Assembly (NCBI GenBank): GCA_902789745.1 | Contig: CADAPH010000004.1 | Coordinates: 314 to 64,313, forward strand | Reading direction: 5' to 3' | DNA: 64,000 nt | Source: Oscillospiraceae bacterium | GTDB taxonomy: Bacteria > Bacillota > Clostridia > Oscillospirales > Oscillospiraceae | Part shown: positions 1 through 6,609 of the stretch, one piece after another | Layout of the letters: every line of letters starts with the position of its first letter | How positions within the stretch are numbered: the first letter of the stretch is position 1 | Program-made: the position numbers and the translations under genes | Notes under the pieces: generated by a model | Seen by the model: only the letters and a program-made list of their open reading frames with translations | Databases searched by the model: none | What the model was told of the DNA's origin: nothing

Positions 1-51
1 ATAACGGAAGTCGAAAAAGCAGAGGACTAACCTCACAATATGGGAAACAGG

Positions 52-85
52 AGATTGCAGCGCATGGCGGCTGCAATCTTTTTTT
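52..85 (+). terminator. Rho-independent terminator of a gene lying left of the window
   Basis: 10-bp stem agattgcagc/gctgcaatct (52-61/70-79) followed by a T7 run (79-85). Confidence 0.7.
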
Positions 86-146
86 GCGTCCAAAATCAAA
101 AGAACGCGCAACAAATACCGCCTTTCGGTGGGGGTATGGAGTAGAT

Positions 147-227
147 AGCAAGCATAGGGAGTGTAGCCACACTCCCGAAAAAGCACCCGTCTGTGCTTTG
201 CTTGTTGGGATAATCCCAAACCCTTAT
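147..227 (+). promoter_or_regulatory. Multi-hairpin leader-like element, copy A, upstream of mobC/relaxase
   Basis: Contains agcaagc..GGGAGTGT-agcc-ACACTCCC..AAGCAC-ccgtct-GTGCTT..gcttg-TTGGGA-taa-TCCCAA-acccttat. Near-identical flanks are found again, inverted, at 11852-11945. Confidence 0.6.
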
Positions 228-252
228 TCGGAGCGGAAAGGACGGTGAACAA

Positions 253-582
253 ATGGCAAACCGAACGCGGAATATTGTGCTGCGCGTTCCTGTGACTGCC
301 GAGGAACGGGCAATGATCGAGCGTAAAATGCAGCAGATGGGAACGGGCTGTTTTTCCGTTTATGCGCGGAAAATGCTCATAGACGGATATGTGATCCGGC
401 TGGATTACAGCGACATGAAAGCAATGACCGCCGAGCTGCAAAAAATCGGCACAAACATCAATCAGATTGCAAAGCGCGTGAACGCTACGGGAACGCTCTA
501 TGCGCAGGACATTGAGGACATCAAGGGGGCGATGGCGGAGATATGGCAATTACAAAGATCCATCCTATCAAAAGCACCCTGA
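253..582 (+). CDS. mobC: MobC-family relaxosome accessory protein
   Basis: 109 aa. N-terminal 'RNIVLRVPVTAEERAMIERK' and C-terminal 'GTNINQIAKRVNATG' are typical of the bacterial mobilisation protein MobC. Overlaps the relaxase start. Confidence 0.85.
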   Translation: MANRTRNIVLRVPVTAEERAMIERKMQQMGTGCFSVYARKMLIDGYVIRLDYSDMKAMTAELQKIGTNINQIAKRVNATGTLYAQDIEDIKGAMAEIWQLQRSILSKAP

Positions 583-1877
583 AAAAAGCCATTGACTATA
601 TCGCTGATCCTGCAAAGACCGACGATAAGTTGCTGGTGTCCTCGTTCGGCTGCGCCGTGGAAACCGCAGACCTTGAGTTTGAAAAAACACGGCTGCTTGC
701 CATGCAGAAAGGCAACAATCTCGCCCACCACCTGATACAGGCATTTGAGCCGGGTGAGGTCAGCTATGCGCAAGCCCACGAGATCGGGCGGCAGCTTGCC
801 GATGAAATCCTCGGCGGCAAGTATGAGTATGTCATTGCTACTCACATCAACAAGGAGCATTGCCATAACCATATTATTTTCTGTGCCGTGGATTTTGCGG
901 AGCATAAGAAGTACATTTCCAACCGCAAAAGCTACGCGCATATCCGCCGTGTCAGCGACAGGCTATGCCGGGAAAACGGGCTGTCCGTTGTCGCGCCCGG
1001 CGCGGAGCGCGGCAAGCAGTATGCCGAATGGGACGCGCAGCGGAAAGGGACAAGCTATAAGCAAAAGCTAAAAATCGCCATCGACAGGCTCATTCCCATT
1101 TCCAAAGACCTTGACGACCTCCTGCGTCGGTTGGAAGCCGAGGGGTATGAAATCAAACGAGGAAAGTATATCTCATTCCGCGCTCCCAGTCAGGAGCGAT
1201 TTACTCGCGCAAAGACGTTGGGTGAAGCCTACACCGAGGAAGCCATAGCTGAACGCATCAAGGGCAAAGTCATTCTGAAAATGCCGAAGCCGGAACGCAG
1301 CGGCGTGTCGCTGCTGATTGACATTGAAAACTGCATCAAGGCGCAGCAATCCGCAGGCTATGAACGCTGGGCAAAAATCGAAAACCTGAAACGCGCCGCC
1401 CGCACAATGGTATTTCTCGACCAGCACGGCATTTCCCACTATACCGATTTGGAGCAGAAGATCACGGTGCTTCAGGACAGCAACGAGCAGACTGCCGCTG
1501 CGCTAAAAGCAGCAGAACGCCGCCTGTCTGATCTGGCGTTGCTGATAAAGCATACCGCCACCTACAAAGAGCTAAAGCCGCTGTATAGCGAATACAAAAA
1601 ATCCCGTGACAAGGAAAAGTATCTACGCGGACGTGAGCGCGAAATCATTCTCTTTGAAGCGTCGGCGCGGGCGCTGAAAGCAGCGGGCATCGGTGACAAG
1701 CTCCCCGACCTTGCCAAGCTGCGCGAGGAATATTCCAGACTGTCCAAAGAAAAGGATCGGTTGTACGCTGAGTACGGAAGCCTGAAAAAACGTATGCGGG
1801 AATACGATGCCGTCAAGCAGAACATCGACAGCATCCTGTCCCCCAATCGTGGGCAGGAACAGGACAAAGCATTGTAG
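543..1877 (+). CDS. Relaxase/mobilisation nuclease (MobA/VirD2-type, MOB-P-like)
   Basis: 444 aa. His-rich metal motif 'THINKEHCHNHIIF', N-terminal 'ITKIHPIK', coiled-coil C-terminus. Paired with mobC. Confidence 0.9.
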   Translation: MAITKIHPIKSTLKKAIDYIADPAKTDDKLLVSSFGCAVETADLEFEKTRLLAMQKGNNLAHHLIQAFEPGEVSYAQAHEIGRQLADEILGGKYEYVIATHINKEHCHNHIIFCAVDFAEHKKYISNRKSYAHIRRVSDRLCRENGLSVVAPGAERGKQYAEWDAQRKGTSYKQKLKIAIDRLIPISKDLDDLLRRLEAEGYEIKRGKYISFRAPSQERFTRAKTLGEAYTEEAIAERIKGKVILKMPKPERSGVSLLIDIENCIKAQQSAGYERWAKIENLKRAARTMVFLDQHGISHYTDLEQKITVLQDSNEQTAAALKAAERRLSDLALLIKHTATYKELKPLYSEYKKSRDKEKYLRGREREIILFEASARALKAAGIGDKLPDLAKLREEYSRLSKEKDRLYAEYGSLKKRMREYDAVKQNIDSILSPNRGQEQDKAL

Positions 1878-1890
1878 CTTCTCTGACATT

Positions 1891-1975
1891 CACACATTAT
1901 TTTCAAGTAATTTAATGTGTGTTCGTCGTTTCGCAGTTGACAACCGCACATTATTTCTCTATAATATAATGTGTG
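1891..1975 (+). promoter_or_regulatory. abiE promoter with two palindromic operator-like sites
   Basis: TTGACA (1937-1942), 17-nt spacer, TATAAT (1960-1965). Palindromes are CACACATTA/TAATGTGTG at 1891-1899/1913-1921 and CACATTAT/ATAATGTG at 1947-1954/1966-1973, the second bracketing the -10. Confidence 0.7.
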
Positions 1976-1998
1976 ATTGTCAAAGCGAGGTGAGAAGC

Positions 1999-2592
1999 AT
2001 GAACGCCAAGGAGAAAATCGAAGAACTGCTGGAAGCGTCGGAGGACGGCACGATCACCGCAGCGCAGGTGACGGAAGCCGGGCTGCACCGCAGCGTTTTA
2101 CAGGAGTTTGTTAAGAGCGGCGAGATGTACCGCTTTGGGCGCGGTCTGTATGTGCGTAGCAGCGCATGGGAGGACGATTTCTACCTCTTGCAGCGCAAGT
2201 ATGGGCGCGGAATCTATTCGCACGATACCGCTCTGTATCTGCTGGGCTATTCAGACCGTACCCCGGCGAAATATACGATGACCTTTCCCAAGGGCTACAA
2301 TGCCCCGTCCTTGAAGCAGGAGAACCTAATCATCAAGCGCGTTGTGCCGGAAAACTACGAGTTCGGCAGAATTGAAATTGAATCCCCATCCGGCAATCCA
2401 ATTCGTGTTTATGATTTGGAACGGACGCTGTGTGACATTCTGCGCGGCAGCGGCAGCGATGTTCAGATCGTCGGAGAAGCTATGAAACGCTATGCAGCGT
2501 CCAAAGATAAGAATATTCACAAACTGATGCAGTACGCAGACCAGCTTCGCGTAAAGCCCAAGGTGCTGCGATACATGGAGGTTTTGCTATGA
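1999..2592 (+). CDS. abiEi: Type IV toxin-antitoxin / abortive infection antitoxin AbiEi
   Basis: ATG at 1999 follows the gaggtgag RBS. 'GTITAAQVTEAGLHRSVLQEFVKSGEMYRFGRGLY' winged-helix N-terminus and 'YDLERTLCDILR' are typical of AbiEi. ATGA overlap with the next gene. Confidence 0.85.
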   Translation: MNAKEKIEELLEASEDGTITAAQVTEAGLHRSVLQEFVKSGEMYRFGRGLYVRSSAWEDDFYLLQRKYGRGIYSHDTALYLLGYSDRTPAKYTMTFPKGYNAPSLKQENLIIKRVVPENYEFGRIEIESPSGNPIRVYDLERTLCDILRGSGSDVQIVGEAMKRYAASKDKNIHKLMQYADQLRVKPKVLRYMEVLL

Positions 2593-3434
2593 TTACAAAA
2601 AATCTGATGCAACTGAAAGCCTTTATCAAGAACAAAGCGGCAGAGAAGCATATCTCGGCGCAGCTCGTCATGCAGAACTATATGTTGGAACGGCTGCTGG
2701 AACGGATCTCGCTCTCGCCCTATAAGAACAATTTCATTCTCAAAGGCGGATTCCTGATCTCCGCCATTGTGGGACTGGACACGCGGGCAACAATGGATCT
2801 GGACACAACGATCAAGGGCTTCACCCTGACGCATGAAGCAATCCGCAAAATCTTTACAGAGATTTGCGCTGTCCAGATCGCCGACGACGTGCAGTTTGAG
2901 GTTATCGGCATCTCTGACATTCGGGAAACCGACGATTACCCCGGCATACGGGTCGCGCTGAAAGCGAACTATCCGCCGATCAGCGTACCGCTGACGGTGG
3001 ATGTCACCACGGGCGACATGATAACGCCCCGTGAGGTGGAATACACATTCTCCCTGCTGTTCGATGACCGCACGATCAGTATTCTTGCCTACAACCTTGA
3101 AACGGTACTGGCGGAAAAGCTGGAAACTGTGCTGTCCCGCAACATTGCGAATACCCGTCCGAGAGATTATTACGACGTACATATCCTGTACGCGCTGCGC
3201 GGCGCGGAATGTGACAAAGCGACGCTGCGCCGGGCACTGGAACGAACGACGCAGAAACGCGGCAGCGGCACGATCCTGACAGACTACCCGGAGATTATGA
3301 AAGAGATCCGCGAAAGCGATACGCTCCGTAGACTGTGGGAGAAATACAGCCGCGAGTATGAGTACGCAAAGGACATTTCCTTTGACGATACCTGTAATAC
3401 CATTCAGACGATTATGGACGCAATCATGGCGTAA
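2589..3434 (+). CDS. abiEii: AbiEii/AbiGii-family nucleotidyltransferase toxin
   Basis: 281 aa. 'FILKGGFLISAIVGLDTRATMDLD' NTase core; the position after AbiEi and the length are typical. Confidence 0.85.
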   Translation: MITKNLMQLKAFIKNKAAEKHISAQLVMQNYMLERLLERISLSPYKNNFILKGGFLISAIVGLDTRATMDLDTTIKGFTLTHEAIRKIFTEICAVQIADDVQFEVIGISDIRETDDYPGIRVALKANYPPISVPLTVDVTTGDMITPREVEYTFSLLFDDRTISILAYNLETVLAEKLETVLSRNIANTRPRDYYDVHILYALRGAECDKATLRRALERTTQKRGSGTILTDYPEIMKEIRESDTLRRLWEKYSREYEYAKDISFDDTCNTIQTIMDAIMA

Positions 3435-3452
3435 ACGAAAGGAGGCTTCTTT

Positions 3453-3845
3453 ATGGGTTGGTTGGCAGCGCAGGGCGCGATTATGGCGATTGGGCTTTTC
3501 ATTGGGCTTGTCTGCTCGGTGATCGGACTATTCTTTGGGCATATCATTCTCTTTGACAGCATCGCTCTCGGCATCGCCGCCGGAGTATGCTGCAATCAGT
3601 TCACCGCAATTCATCCGGCGCTGTGCCTTGTGATCGGCATTGCAACATTTCTGCTGCTGTTGTGGCTGCAAAATACCAGCATCGGCTTCTGGCTCGTCGG
3701 CGGACTGCTCACGCTGATCTATGCAGCGGTGTTCGGGCTGCTGGCCTACTTCATTTCGGAGCATGATCCCATCTGGGGCTGGGTGATTTTCGGTCTGGTG
3801 TTCCTCGTGGTCGGTGCGCTGCACCTACGCGCACGGGATAGCTGA
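3453..3845 (+). CDS. Small integral membrane protein (about 4 TM helices), function unknown
   Basis: 130 aa, almost entirely hydrophobic helices. RBS aaaggagg lies 6-13 nt upstream. Starts 18 nt after the abiEii stop. Confidence 0.6.
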   Translation: MGWLAAQGAIMAIGLFIGLVCSVIGLFFGHIILFDSIALGIAAGVCCNQFTAIHPALCLVIGIATFLLLLWLQNTSIGFWLVGGLLTLIYAAVFGLLAYFISEHDPIWGWVIFGLVFLVVGALHLRARDS

Positions 3846-4028
3846 AAGCAAGCGCAAAGTCACGGCTTAGAGTGCCTGTATGCCTTGCTGAGAGCGGCTT
3901 TACAGCGTGGAGGATGCAAGGGGCGTATGTTTTCCCTGCCAGTTATGAAAAACGAGTTTGAAAGCGTGACCGGAAAATGCAAGTACAGCATAAACAAGTT
4001 GGTTCTTCTCAAAATACGGAGGGGTTTT

Positions 4029-5384
4029 ATGAAAAAACGAGCAATTCTTTTTGGAATGTTCCACTACAATAGAAGCGCTTCAATTACAGCAAACGATCTA
4101 CCAAGCACAGAAATTGATGTAAAGACATTAGAAAAGAGATTAAAGCAGTTACAGTTTGAAACCGTTTCATATATGGATCTTTGCTTGAAAGATATGGAGC
4201 AAAAGATAACTGAATTTGCAGATACAGCTCCGTGTGATTCTCTGAATGTAGTATATTTCTCTGGACATGGCGGACACAGCAAAGGCGAGAACTATTTGTA
4301 TCCTGTGGATTTTGGGAATAGCTTGGATGCAAGAATGTCTATTGAAGATAGCGCATTTAATCTCAAACGAATCCAACCGCTTTTCAAAAGAAAAGTGAAG
4401 CTCTTGATAATTGTTGATGCCTGCCGCGACAAATTAAAGCCAGATTATGCTTGTAATTATTCGGAAATGGTCGCGCCACAAGATACATACATAGCCTACG
4501 CCACGCAATTTGGAGATTGCTCTGGTTGCACTCCAGCAATAAGCTATTTTACAGAAGCGTTATGCGACAATATCTTAACTCCGAACATCTCGGTTGATCG
4601 ACTGTTTACTGATGTGCGGGCTACTCTCTATTTGAAACACGGCAGACAAATATCAAACAGCGTAAACGGGTTTATGAGTGATATTTCTTTGAACGAACAG
4701 GCCGACCACGATAAAGTGGGAAATTTGGTTTTGCAGTTTGTGGATCACTATGGCGATATGTATGTTGATAAATATGGTCCCTTTGCAGGAGATGACTTAG
4801 TGTTCATAGATGCAGCACAATATTGTGGTATCAGTGTATTAGACGCAATCTATAAATTCCAAAAACTTGATGCAGAACGATGCCACGTTACCGATAGCCT
4901 TTCAGAAAGCCACAAAAAACTAATTGCATTTTGGGGAATGTTGGGGAACGGTTTAGCGCAGGATGAGTTTTATACATGGAAATACCGAGGACGACCTATA
5001 AGATTAGGAGAAATCCCACCGTTGCCATTAGATATGCAAAAACCTATGCCGGATGCTGGAAAAGAAATTGAAGTTGATTTTAAGCTCAATATAAAGCATG
5101 ATGGGATATACATTTCAACAAATCTACCAGATAACTACCAGCTTTTTGGAAAGATAAATGGCAGGTATTCATTCAACAACATCGTTGTTAAGAGTGGAAA
5201 CGCCCAAATACCTCTTTCTGATAAAATATCCGAGGTTTACGCAGTCGATTTGTATTCAGTTGTGCCTACTATTTCGGGAGTTGATAGCTCTATCATAGGA
5301 GAAAAGGCTCGAAATCTTGTGGGGCAATATGTAAAGTTTTCCCCAATCAGCGGAAACTCCATTGAATTTCATTACAAGAAATAA
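4029..5384 (+). CDS. Caspase-fold (peptidase C14) protease with an uncharacterised C-terminal domain of about 215 aa
   Basis: His-Cys dyad in canonical order, 'VVYFSGHGGH' then 'LLIIVDACRD', with beta1 'KRAILFGMFHY'. ATG at 4029 follows ggagggg; the track start at 3885 is a TTG extension. AT-rich relative to its flanks. Confidence 0.8.
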   Translation: MKKRAILFGMFHYNRSASITANDLPSTEIDVKTLEKRLKQLQFETVSYMDLCLKDMEQKITEFADTAPCDSLNVVYFSGHGGHSKGENYLYPVDFGNSLDARMSIEDSAFNLKRIQPLFKRKVKLLIIVDACRDKLKPDYACNYSEMVAPQDTYIAYATQFGDCSGCTPAISYFTEALCDNILTPNISVDRLFTDVRATLYLKHGRQISNSVNGFMSDISLNEQADHDKVGNLVLQFVDHYGDMYVDKYGPFAGDDLVFIDAAQYCGISVLDAIYKFQKLDAERCHVTDSLSESHKKLIAFWGMLGNGLAQDEFYTWKYRGRPIRLGEIPPLPLDMQKPMPDAGKEIEVDFKLNIKHDGIYISTNLPDNYQLFGKINGRYSFNNIVVKSGNAQIPLSDKISEVYAVDLYSVVPTISGVDSSIIGEKARNLVGQYVKFSPISGNSIEFHYKK

Positions 5385-5387
5385 AAA

Positions 5388-5436
5388 CGCGGGACGCAGC
5401 AGCCATCATCGGCTGCCGCGCCCCGCGTCGTCTTTT
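5388..5436. terminator. Stem-loop between convergent genes (bidirectional terminator-like)
   Basis: cgcgggacgcagcagcc-atcatc-ggctgccgcgccccgcg (two mismatches), followed by tcgtctttt. Confidence 0.55.
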
Positions 5437-5659
5437 ACTCTGCGTCGGAAAGCGTCATGGTGAACTGCGCTTCCTCAAATGCTGCGTCGGTCATGTTGTG
5501 CAGCTTATGGATCGTCTGCTCTGCCAGCGGGCGCATATCTGCGTCCATATCCGGCAGCGCGTCGGAAATCGCCGCAATCGTTCTGCGGTGGTCGTGCTTG
5601 TGATAAATGCAGATCAGGTTTTCTTCCTCAATGGTAAACGAAACATTGTCCATGCTCAT
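5435..5659 (-). CDS. Transposon-transfer assisting family protein (small ICE-conserved protein)
   Basis: 74 aa. 'EEENLICIY' and 'AISDALPDMD..MRPLAEQTIHKL' resemble this family. ATGA-coupled to the upstream gene. Confidence 0.65.
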   Translation of the reverse strand: MSMDNVSFTIEEENLICIYHKHDHRRTIAAISDALPDMDADMRPLAEQTIHKLHNMTDAAFEEAQFTMTLSDAE

Positions 5660-6606
5660 ACCTCCAAATCATTGTCTTTCGCCTTTGCCGCTGCCTTTTT
5701 CGGTGCAGCGGTCTTTTTTGACTGTCCCTCCTTGAGCTGCGCCCGGACAGAGGGACGCTGCTTGCGCAGCGGCAGATCGCGCCGCTCGTCCTTGCTGATA
5801 AAAGCGAAAACGCCGTGTCTGTCCTTGACGGAGGAAAGATACAGCGTCTTATACGGAAGCAATGCAAATAGCCGCTCATGTTCCTTGCTGGATGCGATAC
5901 GCTCAAACCACGGCGACACTTCTACTACAAAATGCGTTCCGTTGGGGCTGTTGGGCGCTTGCAGGGATTGAAACGCCGCCGAAAGGCGCTGTGCTTCGGC
6001 AAGCACCTTTTCGTCGGAGAGCCGTCCGATATGCTCCTTGAAATTGCCGGGTTTCAGCCGTTCACGCTTCCGGCTCTCGTCGCGCAACAGATCCCGCAGC
6101 GCGTCCGGGTCATGCGGCACAGCTTCATAGCACACGAACTTTCCGTACTCCCGATCCGGCGTCGCTTCAAAGCGGTATTCCTTGGGCAGCTCCCGTGAGC
6201 CGTTTTCATAGATTAGACGGTTATTGTCTGTCCGCAAGGCGGTCTGGATTGCAAGCTTGGCTTTCGCTGCATAGTCCAGCTCATAAATGCTGCCTTTTAC
6301 CTTGCCGCTCTCCATGCCGGACAGCACCACGGCATAGGCAAGTACACGCTCCTTGGTCTGCTCATGGTAGAAACGGAACGTATTATGCTCCCGCGTTCCG
6401 CGCAGAAACACGTCCCGTTCCCGCAGACAATGCGTTCCGTTGGGGCGGGAAAACCATAGATAGACCTTATTCTCGGCATTTTTGCTCTTTGCCGCCTGTG
6501 TCAGAATCTTCTTGTCGATGTCAAAATCATTCTGAAAGGCGGCTGTGTTCTGCTGCATGATCTGTTGCAGGGATGCCAGCACATCCACATTTTCAAATTT
6601 ATTCAT
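5656..6606 (-). CDS. ICE-conserved hypothetical protein
   Basis: 316 aa, protein-like composition, sits directly after the polyvalent gene. Basic C-terminal tail with 'RPSVRAQLK'. Confidence 0.7.
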   Translation of the reverse strand: MNKFENVDVLASLQQIMQQNTAAFQNDFDIDKKILTQAAKSKNAENKVYLWFSRPNGTHCLRERDVFLRGTREHNTFRFYHEQTKERVLAYAVVLSGMESGKVKGSIYELDYAAKAKLAIQTALRTDNNRLIYENGSRELPKEYRFEATPDREYGKFVCYEAVPHDPDALRDLLRDESRKRERLKPGNFKEHIGRLSDEKVLAEAQRLSAAFQSLQAPNSPNGTHFVVEVSPWFERIASSKEHERLFALLPYKTLYLSSVKDRHGVFAFISKDERRDLPLRKQRPSVRAQLKEGQSKKTAAPKKAAAKAKDNDLEV

Positions 6607-6609
6607 AGG

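Noticed and set aside
3957-3972. 16-nt exact match 'tttgaaagcgtgaccg' upstream of the caspase gene and, inverted, at 11985-12000 upstream of leader copy B. A 'ggaaaatgc' 9-mer lies near both
   Set aside because: About one chance 16-mer match is expected among all position pairs on both strands of a 64-kb window (about 4e9 pairs times 4^-16). The -10 regions that would make it a shared promoter are poor. I kept it only as a note. It would become interesting if the same 16-mer flanks cargo in related ICEs.
3885-4028. TTG-initiated 48-codon extension of the caspase-like ORF
   Set aside because: There is no RBS before the TTG at 3885 and the extension has no protease-related sequence. The ATG at 4029 has a ggagggg RBS and is followed directly by the beta1 strand of the caspase fold.
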